Positions 12,413-25,000 of a stretch of 64,000 nucleotides of DNA are shown here, piece after piece. The stretch comes from Hormiphora californensis (lineage: Eukaryota; Animalia; Ctenophora). The stretch is taken from positions 4,340,001-4,404,000 of the forward strand of contig CM035358.1 in NCBI GenBank assembly GCA_020137815.1. The letters run 5' to 3'. Under the pieces are notes generated by a model. That model worked only from the letters and a program-made list of their open reading frames with translations. It was not told the DNA's origin and made no database searches. The first letter of the stretch is position 1. Each line of letters begins with the position of its first letter. The position numbers were made by a program, and so were the translations under genes.

Positions 12413-14289
12413 TCCTCCTGCGTGTCCTATCATTGATCCGGCAGCTACTCTTCTTTGCTTCACCTCCAATATACCAATCATGTTCCATGTTTCATCTACC
12501 ATCTCTCTTCAGGCCTCCCAACCTTCTCTATAGTCCCTTCAGTTCTCCCACAGTCTATGTGACGTATTTGTCTCTGCGTTCTATTGAAGTAGACAACTCC
12601 GTCTATCGCTTGGTCTATAGTATCACATGTGATATACCCCGAGTTCTGATATCTATGATTGATATAATCCCATTTTATAATTTATAGCCCCAAAGTGCTA
12701 CGTAATTCTACGAAAAGCATGGAATCTCATTAGATGAAAACCTTTTTTAAATAGTCTGAATATATAGTGAACTTTCCGCTGCCACTTCCTTGACACAGCC
12801 GGATACAGAATCTAATATTCACTTAAAAATATATATTATACCACAAGACTTCTTATGTTGTAAATATAGAAGTGGCATATATTAGATTACCCGCTACGAT
12901 CGAACAGTCTTCAGATATAGTAAAACGCTGAGAACCCATGAGTAAGGACTAAAGGACTGACGTCCACTCCATATATTTCTCACTCTCTTAGATGTTATAC
13001 CCTTCCATCTCTCGTTCTCGTCTCTGTCTTCCTCTCCCTCGTCTCTCTGTCTCCCTCTCCCTTGTCTCTCTGTCTCCCTCTCCCTCGTCTCTCTGTCCCC
13101 TCGCATGAGAGAACGGGGGACACACCAATGACAAAATTCATCCCTCCCGAGCTTATTCTGAGTATTTTATTATGTGGACACTGTTGGACTGAGTGAGAAT
13201 TATCAACGAGAGGGAGGGAGAGAGAGGGAGGGAGAGTTGGAATAATGACTATTTGAGCTTTATGTCAGCGACTAATTCATTCCACTAGATTAAGTTTTGT
13301 GCTCGTATTATACCTGTAGCTCTGCAGTAGATCGCTCTACGCCCATCTGTCAAAGAGTTCATTTGGGTTTAAACCCCATTCAGGATGCCAAAGTTGACTA
13401 AGGTATAGAAATTTAACATTGATTGATAACATTGTCAGTAGTAACCTACAACCTTTGAAATTATACAGTACTCGGACCCCGATTTAACGGACAAAACCTT
13501 TTCCCCCGAGGGTACCGTTGAATCAGGGTCCGACTACAACTGTTTTATCAGTTACTGCCCACATGCATAGGGGGTGACTTGCCTTGTTCGACCCTCCCTC
13601 CCCGCGCCCCGCGACGGTGAGGAGGGTCTTGTTCTAGAAATAATCAACACTTCTACGCTCCGCGTACGCGGGAACACACTTGTCGTGCAGCGAGTGCTGG
13701 CGCTGTTTACTAGTCGTTTTAGATACCCCTTTCTTATAATCGCGCGCGTGCGGCAAAGTCTCTTAGTCTCGCGAAAGCTGTCTTTGACTACGGGGTCGAA
13801 CAAGTCGAACAAGGCAAAGTGAAGGAAGGTCATGAAATCATGTTTCACCAACTCTGTGAGAATGGATTACCCTGGATTGGGTTGTTATGGAAACTTATTT
13901 GGTAAAATGCTGAAAAAGTGTGCTTTGTATAGGTTAAGAGGCAGGGTTGAATACAGTGAGGGAGGGAGGGAGGGAGGGAGGGAGGTTTGAACAAAACAAA
14001 GTCTCGCAATGAATGTTGGCAAAAATCAAATATCGGACAATGCAGTTTTGTTCAAACAGGGTTGAACAAAATAAGGCCAAGAGGGAGAGAGATAAACAAC
14101 TAATTTTCACTGCCCACTTTTCTTGCCTGGCTAGACTGTGTTTCGGGCGCACCGCCCCCGAAACACAAATGTAAAGAACATAACAAGTAACAACACTTTT
14201 CACGGCAAATCAATTCATTCCTTTACCTAACCTGGATCATGGATGTAATGTAACAAAACAACAGCTGCAAGGGTTACATATCCATCTAT

Positions 14290-14406
14290 CTTTCTCTTTC
14301 TCTTTCTCTTTCTCTTTCTCTTTCTCTTTCTCTTTCTCTTTCTCACTCTCTCTCTCTCTCTCTCTCTACTCTCTCTCTCTCTCTCTCTCGCTCTCTCTCT
14401 CTCCTC

Positions 14407-14463
<57 letters not shown>

Positions 14464-14478
14464 ATCTCTCTCTCTCTC

Positions 14479-14509
<31 letters not shown>

Positions 14510-14510
14510 T
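14290..14510. repeat. (CT)n/(CTTT)n microsatellite
   Basis: Direct observation. Confidence 0.95.
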
Positions 14511-15619
14511 CATCTATCAGCTATCTTTCTTTCTCTCTAATTCTGCCTCTCGCTTCCAAACATACATTTCTTTATCTATCCCATGTCCCCACTGGAAAGT
14601 CCCCATTCTGATTTTAACCTGATACTAAACCCTACTTTCCTGTCAGGTTTGTTACCTTGTTTGTTCAAATAAGGCAAGTCTTACCAACATCTTGCCCGAA
14701 ATCCTGGATGAAGAAGATGAGGATTAAGAAGATGTTCGTTATGACATAACTTATGTTCAGTTCAACAAGTTAGTAAAATAAATGAATAATAAAGTTTCCA
14801 CTGGCCGTGTCACAATGTCACAAAAGACATTACACAACCCTCTCCTGTCTCCTGACCGGGCCAAGGGAGGAGGGTGGGGGTGAGGGAGACTATGTGGGAG
14901 GTTGGGGTAAGGGGGTTATGAGGTTCGAGCGAGATTAGGGAGATTAGTAAGTTGAGAACATGAATCATGCTGCCAGACCAATCCCAAGGAACCGAAACAA
15001 ACCCCGCAACACCAACCTCCACACCTAACAGCAACCTCCCCACCTAACTACTTACAGCACCTAAACCTAACAGCGCCTTGCCTTGTTCGACCCTTCCTAA
15101 AATTTGTTTTGTTCAAACCTTTTGGGGAGGGAGGGTCGAACAAGGCAACCTAAAATAAGATAAAATAAAAACGGTTTGAACAAAACAACCAGCACTCACA
15201 CCTAACGGGGTGAGGGGGTAAGGAGGGGATAAGAGAATGTGTGGGTTAGGAGGGAGTGAGAGATTAGGTGGGGGTTATGAATTATGATGTATTTGGGAGG
15301 CTAGGTAGGTCATGACCAAATATGGGCATATCACGTGATGGAGAGAGGGAGAAAGTGTGTGTATGTGTGTGTGTCTGTGTCTATGTGTGTGCACTGCACA
15401 CACATACACACATACACACATACACACGCACATACACTGCACACTGTGCAGTGTATGTGCGTGTGTGAGACACGGTTTGACACGTGTGTGTGTGTACTGT
15501 GTGTAAATTTAATGTGCTGTATGTTCAATAGATCCCCCGAACCACCAAAAAAGGGTTGACCATTCAACTCCGTGGGGGGGGGGGGGGGGTGTATAATTGG
15601 GTCTAATTGATCTGAACTC

Positions 15620-16170
15620 TGAGGAGCATCTAGCAGGGTCTGGGGGTATCTAGCTAGATCTACTACTAGATCTAGTAGGGTCTGAGGGGTGTCTAGTTGG
15701 GTCTGGGGCATCTAGCTAGATCTACTACTAGATCTAGTAGGGTCTGAGGGGTGTCTAATTGGGTCTGGGGCATCTAGCTAGATCTACTAATAGATCTAGT
15801 AGGGTCTGAGGGGTGTCTAGTCGGGTCTGGGGCATCTAGCTAGATCTACTACTAGATCTAGTAGGGTCTGAGGGGTGTCTAATTGGGTCTGGGGGTATCT
15901 AGCTAGATCTACTACTAGATCTAGTAGGGTCTGAGGAGCATCTAGCAGGGTCTGGGGCATCTAGCTAGATCTACTACTAGATCTAGTAGGGTCTGAGGGG
16001 TGTCTAATTGGGTCTGGGGCATCTAGCTAGATCTACTAATAGATCTAGTAGGGTCTGAGGGGTACCTAGTAGGCTCTGAGAGGTATCTAAAGTGGTCTAA
16101 GGGGTATTTAGCAGGGTCTGAGGGGCATTTGTTGAGGTCTGAGGGGTATCTTGCAGTGTCTGAAGGATAT
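15620..16170. repeat. ~62-bp minisatellite with CTAGATCTAC/GATCTAG self-complementary cores
   Basis: Unit CTAGCTAGATCTACTACTAGATCTAGTAGGGTCTGAGGGGTGTCTAATTGGGTCTGGGGCAT; ~7 good copies, then decay. Confidence 0.9.
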
Positions 16171-16461
16171 CTAGCTGAAATACCCTGTTAGTGTTAGGAT
16201 CAATTAGGCCAAATGATGACACCCCCCCCCCCCACGGAGTTGAGTGGTAAAATCTTTTTTCATGGTTCGGGAAACCTATTGGGACATTTTAGTGAAGGAA
16301 TTAGCTTTCCCATATAATCTTCCCCACTCCCTCCTAACCTTCAACAAAATCCCCATCGCCCCCAACCTCCCGGTCAGGAGAGGGTTGTGAGAAAATGCTG
16401 CTGATTTTTACCATCTCACGACCAGTGGAAACTTATTGTTCATTATTGGGGGGGGGGGGGA

Positions 16462-16725
16462 CACACGTAACATTTAACGTGCACAAAAAGATTTCTGCAC
16501 ATGTAAAAAAGTGTTATAAAGTGTTACAAAATGTTATAAAGTGTTACAAATTGTTACAAAGTGTTGCAAATTGTTACAAAATGTACATTGCAACACTTTG
16601 TAACACAGTGTAACACAGTGTAACACTATGTAACACTTTGTAACACTTTGTAACACTATGTAACACTTTGTAACACTTTCTATCATGTAACGTGCACAAA
16701 AAGTTTTCTGCACATGTTACGTGTG
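16462..16725. mobile_element. Small foldback element made of head-to-head 10-bp repeats
   Basis: Ends CACACGTAACAT...ATGTTACGTGTG; interior (AAGTGTTACA)n switches to (TGTAACACTT)n. Confidence 0.65.
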
Positions 16726-16873
16726 ACCCCCTCCCTTTATTTTACTAACTTGTTGAACTGAACCGTCCAGTCAATAAGTTCCTCATCTTCTTGATCCAGG
16801 ATTTCGAGCAAGATTTTGGTAACACTTGCCTTATTTGAACAAAACACTACCTGAGAGATAGAGAGAGAGAGGG

Positions 16874-16908
<35 letters not shown>

Positions 16909-18502
16909 AGGATATGTTACGCTTGCAGCGATTTGATGTTTTGTTTTGTGCACGGGGAGAGAAGGCAAATCTTGTTTTAACGGAAGGCAAATCTTGTTTT
17001 ATTTGCTGTATACCAATGCAAATGTTTACTAAAAAACATTAGTATTGCATGGATTATGGATGAAGGGTGATTTTTAGTTTTTAATGTCGGATTTTTTGAA
17101 GTTGTCACCCCCTTTTCGTGTGTGGAATGTTTTTTTCGCGTCACATCACATGTTGTTTTGTTCAAACCGGGGCGCGGGGAGGGTCGAACAAGGCAAATCA
17201 CATGTTAATTAACGTGTGTGTGTGTGCGTCAAAATAAATTGATAATTTCCTGCGCGGTCATTTGGGGGGTGACTGTGACAACTTCAAAAAATCGACTTTA
17301 GGGTTGTAATAACACTTAACGACAATCATATGCTGCAAGGCAATAGAACTTGCAATAGAAAGAGAGAGAGAGAGAGATCCTCTGTTCAAGGGGTAGGAAT
17401 CGTGTGGTGGGAATATCAGATAGTATTGTCAGAAGTGGTATTAGTGCCGGTCCTCCTCTTTTTCTCGCTTATAAAGTTCCTCCGATGTCTCCTCACTAAC
17501 GTAGATAGCATAATAATGATAAACCAGTTTGTAAACATCTCTTCGATCCCAAAAGGAAGCTGGCTGCTTGGTGTATGATAATCTGAGCGATCTCATAACA
17601 ATTAACAAATTTGTTGACTTGACGTAGGTTGTTAGGTGCCATCCATTACATCATCTAGTCATAACATTCCCACAGATAAGCATCCCACATCTTTTCGACA
17701 TGAACTGACTAATCTATTAGGTGATATAAATCATTAGGATATAAATAATCAGGATATAACATAATAAACCGTGGGGTGCGGGGACTGGGGAGGGAGGGTC
17801 GAACGGTAAGTGGTAAATACTTGTTTTGTTTGTGGCGCGAAGAAAGATAGATTTGTTTGTCTTGTTTGTGGCGCCACTTAACGATTTCATAGCTTGTTTT
17901 GTTCGCGGGAGAGATCAGAGAACAATATCGAAAACGCCGAACAGCCAAAATTTGTTTGTTCAAACACGTGGGGATAGAGCCACACAAGCGTTACGCTCTT
18001 GAAATTTCATTGCAATCGCGAGGGTGATAGCACCACTTAAAGTCCGTTTCAAGCGACTTGACCCGTAATTCTTGGAATTTGGCGCATTGCGTGTGTATTT
18101 ACAAAGGGGAAATCCTGAATTTCCAGGAATCTCAGGTCAAGTCGTTTGAAACGCACTTAAAACTTCGGGACGAAAAGGAAAAACGCGAAACAAAAAAAAG
18201 TAAAAACGCGAAACAAAAAAAACGCGAAACAAAAAAAAACGCGAAACAAAAAAACGCGAAACAAAAAAGCATGGATGAAAAACGCGCACGGTTCTTTCAG
18301 TTTTTAGGGCGCGCGCAGCATTTTTGGCTTTGCTTGCGCGGCGTCTTATTTGCGCGTTACAAAATCAGTAAAACACAAAACCTTTTTTTTTTATAAAATA
18401 AAATAAAAAGGTTTGAACAAAACAAGGGGTGACATAGAACTAAGAAAAGTGCGAATGGCCTAATTGAGACGACAATAAATTATGGTGCCTTACGCCTTTT
18501 AA

Positions 18503-19914
18503 CCCTTTGAGGACCATAACGATTGGCCGAACAGAATTTTCTAATTTTTTGTGGAATTGTTAAGGAGAATATTCTAAGATTATACGAAAAAGGTTTTACT
18601 GAAATCGGGTTTTTACTTTTTGTGTTATGACATGGGTCATATATGACCCAGTGGTACTTATATGGTACAAAAGGGTATGAGACGTCCTGTGTGAGCTATA
18701 ATGTTATCAGGGACATAAAAACCGGCTCATTGGTGTACTATAAGGCACGACTTCGCTGTTACAACCGGAATTTTGCTTCGCAGACGGTTATTTTCACATA
18801 TGTGGGTCATATATGACCCAGTGGGTCGTTTAGAGAAAAATTCAATGATATTGCCAAAAACTACTGAGTTTTCCCATAATACCTAATTTGAATGGGTATA
18901 CAATCACTATATATAGTATATTAATAAATGATAATAACTTTGAAATGCATATTTTGTGTTGAAATAGCGAAACTCAGTAGTTTTCGACAATATCATTGAA
19001 ATTTTCCCAAACGACCCACTGGGTCATATATGACCCACATCAGTAAGAAAACCGTCTGAGAAGTAACATTCCGGTTGTAACAGTCTATTCGTACCTAATG
19101 GGTGTACCAGAGGCACGACTACACTGTTACTACCGGAATATTACTTCTCAGACGGTTTTTTTACTGATGTGGGTCATATATGACCCAGTGGGTCGTTTGG
19201 GAAAATTTCAATGTATGCCGCGAAAACTACTGAGTTTCGCTATTTCAACACAAAATATGCAATTCAAAGTTATTATCATTTATTAATATACTATAATTAG
19301 TGATTGTAAACCATTCAAATTAGGTATTATGGGAAAAATCAGTAGTTTTTGGCAATATCATTGAATTTTTCCCTAAACGACCCACTGGGTCATATATGAC
19401 CCACATATGTGAAAATAACCGTCTGCGAAGTAAAATTCCGGTTGTAACAGTTTAGTCATGCCTCTAGTACACCAATGAGCCGGGTTTTATGTCCCTGATA
19501 ACAGTATAGCTCACACAGGACGTCTCCAACCTTTTTGTACCATATAAGTACCACTGGGTCATATATGACCCAAATTTTGAAATCGCTATAGCTCAGTCAA
19601 TTTTTGATATTTTTTGATGCGGCTTTTTTCTTGCAGTTCGAGTTGGTCTTCTTCTAAAGTGTTTAAAATTATAGAAAATTCGTAGGAGGCGTTTAGAAAT
19701 GGAATCAAAAATTAAAAAATGACCAAAATGAACATTATTTGGACCCAATTATCTAAACCTAAACATCAATGATTGCGGATGAAACTTGGATTTTTAGGCA
19801 GAGAAATGTCTAAACTATTGTTTAGGCTTTTGTTTGGGCTCAAAAGTTAATCCTGAAGCTGGGAAATCAGTCTTTAGTGAACTGGGTCATATATGGCCTG
19901 TGGTCCTCAAAGGG
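18503..19914. mobile_element. Non-autonomous piggyBac element, 1.41 kb
   Basis: TTAA|CCCTTTGAGGACCA...TGGTCCTCAAAGGG|TTAA. Internal ~450-bp inverted arms and repeated GGGTCATATATGACCC palindromes. No transposase ORF. Confidence 0.9.
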
Positions 19915-20034
19915 TTAACACACATTCCCACATCAAATGATGTCGAGACTGAATGATTTATCCTTTTCAGATCTGTCAATTTTAATTGATTAAGTACCAT
20001 TATATCGTTGTTTATCTTGTTAATTACTTTTCAG

Positions 20035-23000
20035 ATGACCTGGATACGAGATTTCCGGGATTTTGCGGGCGATACAAGCGCCCACGGAGTTAAGAACATA
20101 TTCGAAGGACCAACAAAGGTACAAAGATCGGTTGACGAATCAAGTACACTTTATTACTATACATAGTTACTTGACGGCACTGTTAGTTATGGCCGACTGC
20201 ACTAACAAAAACCATAACCTCAGCTGCTCAAGTTGATATTCCTTATTTGTTGGATCATCTGCTCAGTGTACGCAACCTATGTGATCATGAACTCAATCAT
20301 AACCTTCATCAACCGACCAACAGGTAACTAGGGGGCGTAACTAGGGGGTGTAACTAGGGGGCGTAACTAGGGGGACCAACAGGTAACTAGGGGGTGTAAC
20401 TAGGGGGACCAGGGGGGTTAATTTTACCGACTCAACCACTACCAAGCAATACACTAACAACTAAAAACTAACAACAACCCGGTGGTAACTATGGTGCTGA
20501 GTCCCTAACAACAACCCGGTTGTAACTATGGTGCTGAGTCCCTAACAACAACAAATTCCAGGAACAAAGTTTACCTTCCTCGTGGAGAACGAACAGAGAA
20601 AGCTGGGAAAACCTGCTGTTGTCCCCATGCCAACCATTTCCGTGTGCTCGCACAACAAGGTACATGTCGAGTATTAAAAAACTAAGATTTAGCAAAACTA
20701 AAACTCAATATGTATAAAGAATCCTAGGTACATAGTACTTTTGGACAGCTTGAACTGGCATTGAAAAAACTCCATGCTAAAATTTAATTGAGCAATTATT
20801 GATAATTCTTTATTAGGACAAATGATAATCTTGAAAGGGCCTGTCTGTTTCCAGGTGAAGAAGTCCTTTCTGATGAGGAAGGGAAACGAGCAGCTGAGAG
20901 ATATCTACCATACTTTAGAAAAATATGATAAAGGAGAGGCGGCAGAACTAGCTGTAAACCTTACTCGTGAAGAATTCGCTGAAGTGTAAGTAAGGGGATC
21001 AAAAATATTCATCACACATGAAACACTTATATACCCTGACTACTACACCGTTACCATGACTACTACACCGTTACCATGACTACTACACCGTTACCATGAC
21101 TGACTACACCGTTACCATGACTACTACACCGTTACCATGACTACTACACCGTTACCATGACTACTACATAGTACCCCGTTACCATGACTACTACACCGTT
21201 ACCATGACTACTACACCGTTACCATGACTACTTTACAGGAGGGATATGAGGTACGAGGACCTCCTGGCAGCGGGCTCCATTAGCAGTGACCGATTACTCA
21301 TGTGCCAGCAACGATCAAGAAACTGCCGTGATCTTGCAGCATTCAGTCAAACCCCCGTTTTTACCAGGGTAAATGCAGGGTGTCCCATATATATTCTATG
21401 GGTCGGTTGGCGAGCTGTCACGCTGTAGATTCCACAACTTTATAATGTGCTATGCCGTCTAGTATACCCATGTGGTATGAGACTTGATACGATTCAGCTT
21501 ATTACCCCAAAAAAAGAGAAGAAGAAAATTATCGATCACAATTATTCTATAGAGCCAATACTCTATTTTTGTCCAAACGTGCAGGGAATGAGGGTGGAAC
21601 AAGCTCCAACACAATATTATTTCAGGAAAACTCAATAACAGGAACATGTTTCCGAATCAACCCGATGGGAACACTAAATGCGCTCATGGGCGACTACGGA
21701 GCCTTGCAACTCCGGTTCTGGGCGGACGTCCAGGACTACAGTAAAGCAGCAAAAAACAGCCCATACCACGGGTTCACTGTGGCATTCCACGATAGGGACA
21801 GCTACGGGTCAACACTTAGCTCGGGGTACCTGATGAGCCCGGGTAGTTACTACAAGGTGGACCTGAGAATGCGAAAGGTACGGCGTGTATCCGTCATTGT
21901 ATTGGGGGAATGAGCCATTCGAATTAAGTTATTCTGTGGTGACAATGTCACAGCTTCATAAGCCACATTGTTTTCCTGCTTAATATTCAGCGCTGGGGGG
22001 GGGGGGGGGTTCAAGCCTTTCAGTTCATGATGCCAATATAATGGGGGAAAACAGTCGTGACTGAATTCCTCAGATTCAGGCCAGGGCCTGAGGTCTCCCA
22101 CCTATTCTTGGCTATTCCCTGAAAATTACCCTCAGATCTCAGGGGTAAATAGCAAAAACGAAAAGTGACCTGAAACTGAGATTCAGGCACGACTGTTTTC
22201 CCTCTGAATGTATTTATTTCCAATCGGCACGTGATCAACAAACAAGATAGATAATATCTTCCCTCGCTTCATTCTCACATTTCTCTCTTTTCACACACAA
22301 CTTGTACCTTCAGGAATCTAGGGAGCCCCCTCCGAGCGGTCACTGCGATGATTCTCAACCATTCACCACTTATGGAAATTATTCTGAGGGAGCATGCATC
22401 ATGGAGTGCAAAGACAAGTAAGTTGCACTTTACACGTTATGCATCATGGAGTGCAAAGACAAGTAAGTTGCACTTTACACATCATTTTAATTCCTGCAGT
22501 AGTATAGATAAGAGAGTAGTATAGATAAGAGAGTAGTATAGATAAGAGATTAACATTGTAATCTCTATACCACTGAGCGAGGTACCATCATAATAGGAGG
22601 TAGATTTGTCTGGTGAAAAAAGCAATGAATTCATTTTTAGTAACATTTCACATTTACATGTCGGTATTATGACATTATTATCATACCCGACACTCTTAGA
22701 AGAAGAAGAAGAATGTCGGTATTTTACTCTTTTCTCTCTTTAGGGTTCTGAATGACACGTGTGGCTGTGTTAACGTCGTCCCACCAATTAACACCCTCAA
22801 TTACACTTCCTGCACCCTCCAACAGTGGTCCAGCTGTGGACTGAAAACATATCTCGATTGGTGTAAGTCAGGAACCGACCGACACAAGTAAACAACCAAT
22901 CAGAACTCATGATCCACACTATTCCCTGCAGATAAAACTGTACATGATCCACTGCACTTCCCCCCAGATAAAAACTATACAATATGATCCACACTTCCCC

Positions 23001-25000
23001 AGGTCTAAAAACTATAAACATACACTTCCCTGCAGATAAAAACTATACCAACCCTGATACGGAAAACGAGCTGCCGAGTGAGACCATGTGCAGATGTCAT
23101 CTTCCTTGCACGGAAACAAACTACGAAGCCAAGGTATGAGCTTTTTGCTGTACAGTGTTTTCACCGCGTACATTGACCTATTAGAATCTTGAAACTAAAT
23201 TCTTATATATGGCTGTCTTTTATCCGCAATGCATCAAGTGGACAAGCGATCTAGATACCTTACTCTCGTTTTTTAAGAAACGCTTTAGTAAGAAACTTTT
23301 TTATAAGAAACTTTTCAATTGTAAATCACACAATTCAGAGACACCACAACAAAATAGAACACCCCTAACTTGTTTAGTTTCTTGATAAAGGAGAAATTCT
23401 TTTTGTTTTTGGATTGCTTACACCAGTAGTTTCCTAGAAAAAAAGTTTCTTATTTAAAAGTTTCTTGAAATATGCGAGCTTAATTAACGAGAGTAAGGTA
23501 TACATATGTATATCGAGCCTCAAATCATTAACCTAGTACCGCTATTGACCAAATGTTTCTCTCATATATATCCAGGTAAGCAGTTCAGATATCCCTATGT
23601 CGTATGCAGAAAACATGTTTGAAATCGCGGGCATTCGAGGTTATATGCAGCACATTTCGGCCCCAGAACTTGGCATCAACTATAATAAATCATCAGATAT
23701 CAAGTAAGCTATAAATGTTATATTGTCATCAAAATTAATATATTGGTTTCGAGAGAACGCCTTGACCATGATCAGCAACAAGCATCTTTCACATTTTATA
23801 GATCATCAACTTTTGCGTTAACTTTAGGGTCACCACACACCAAAGTTAAAATTAAAATTAAAATTTGACGTTTTTGGTCATAACTCTGCCATTTCTTGGC
23901 AAAATTGCTTCATTTTGGGCTTGTTGGAAAGAGGGCATCGAGCCCGTTCTGAACAGCCCAAGAAACTTGAAATCGGCGCAAAGTGTGCGGCGTTAAGGCG
24001 CATAATGCGCGCGTTAAAATTTTAAAATTTTAACACACACATTTTGCACTGTAACGCCGCACACTTTGCGCCGATTTCAAGTTTCTTGGGCTGTTCAGAA
24101 CGGGCTCGATGCCCTCTTTCCAACAAGCCCAAAATGAAGCAATTTTGCCAAGAAATGGCAGAGTTATGACCAAAAACGTCAAATTTTAATTTTAATTTTA
24201 ACTTTGGTGTGTGGTGACCCCAATATTATCTAATCATGTTAATCAATATCTAATCATGTTTAACTCAATATTATCTAATCATGTTAATCAATATATCTAA
24301 TCATGTTATCGTTAACTCAATATATTATCTAGGGATAACATGATGGTGCTTGAAGTGATGTTCTCCAGCTCCCAGATATCTCAAGTCAAGGAATTCGTCA
24401 AGTATACAACCAACAATCTCCTTGGTAGGTGCAGCTCAAGAACCGACCGAATCACGAAATACTGGTCCCCGATTGGCTGATAACCAGTCACGTGACCTAA
24501 ATAACGAGTTCTGATTGGTTGTTTACTTGTTTCGGTCGGTTCCTGGTCTGAAGTTATACAACCTCTCAATCTGTCAGCAGCCAATATCAGCTCTGACCAC
24601 AGTTCTCACGCCCTTAGCGCTATGACAGCTCTCAATCTATATAATAGAAGTTGAATCTCTCAGAGGGGTCCTCTCTCGCATAGCTAAAGTAGCAATCTGC
24701 TCGTAGTAGGAGACACTGTTACGGCGTACGCACAAAAAATTTGCGTGCCACCAATGTGTGGGTGATATTTTTTGTGCGTATCATCCTACTTATCATAAAA
24801 GCGGCACCCTTCTATAACCCTACTATGACCCCATTTACCTCTTTGCAGGAGACATTGGTGGAGTGCTCGGACTCTTCCTCGGTGCATCTCTCTTCACGAT
24901 CCTGGAATTCTTCCAATTCATCATTATGAGCATAGCCAAGTACTGCTGCATGTGGACCCCCGGAGGACGAAAGAAGCTGGAAGCCTCAGAGATGTCCTAG
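20035..25000 (+). CDS. DEG/ENaC/ASIC-superfamily sodium channel subunit, 12 coding exons, 495 aa
   Basis: Exons 20035-20118, 20224-20323, 20562-20659, 20855-20985, 21239-21368, 21626-21877, 22314-22417, 22744-22862, 23036-23133, 23576-23703, 24333-24424, 24849-25000. All introns GT-AG and phase-compatible (1488 nt). Motifs: TSAHG pre-TM1, TM1, MPTISVC, GTCFRIN, Cys-rich thumb (C..EC, CGC, C.C.LPC.E..Y), TM2 GDIGGVLGLFLGASLFTILEF with the GAS filter. Confidence 0.95.
21036..21232. repeat. 20-bp intronic minisatellite (CATGACTACTACACCGTTAC)n
   Basis: About 9 copies, ending at the acceptor of ENaC exon 5. Confidence 0.9.
22043..22203. mobile_element. Short inverted-repeat element in ENaC intron 6
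   Basis: GGGAAAACAGTCGTGACTGAAT...ATTCAGGCACGACTGTTTTCCC; related sequence at ~11293-11330. Confidence 0.55.
23827..24220. mobile_element. 394-bp foldback MITE with ~167-bp apparently perfect arms, in ENaC intron 10
   Basis: GGGTCACCACACACCAAAG...CTTTGGTGTGTGGTGACCC; arms match by eye. No clear TSD. Confidence 0.85.
24437..24545 (-). mobile_element. 109-bp hAT-type MITE (diverged) in ENaC intron 11
   Basis: Reverse copy of the 2636 family; TSD not conserved. Another fragment lies at ~22869-22908. Confidence 0.85.

Larger units (their letters stand above)
14644..16853. mobile_element. ~2.2-kb diverged foldback/TIR element with nested inverted repeats
   Basis: 14644-14860 is the interrupted reverse complement of 16368-16853 (TTGTTCAAATAAGGCAAG; GTTCAGTTCAACAAGTTAGTAAAATAAA). 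An inner IR pairs 15527-15590 with 16220-16280. Confidence 0.7.

Noticed and set aside
12256-12687. SL/ER-repeat ORFs here and at 45025, 52457 and 60566-61051
   Set aside because: Translations of (CT)n/(GA)n microsatellites.
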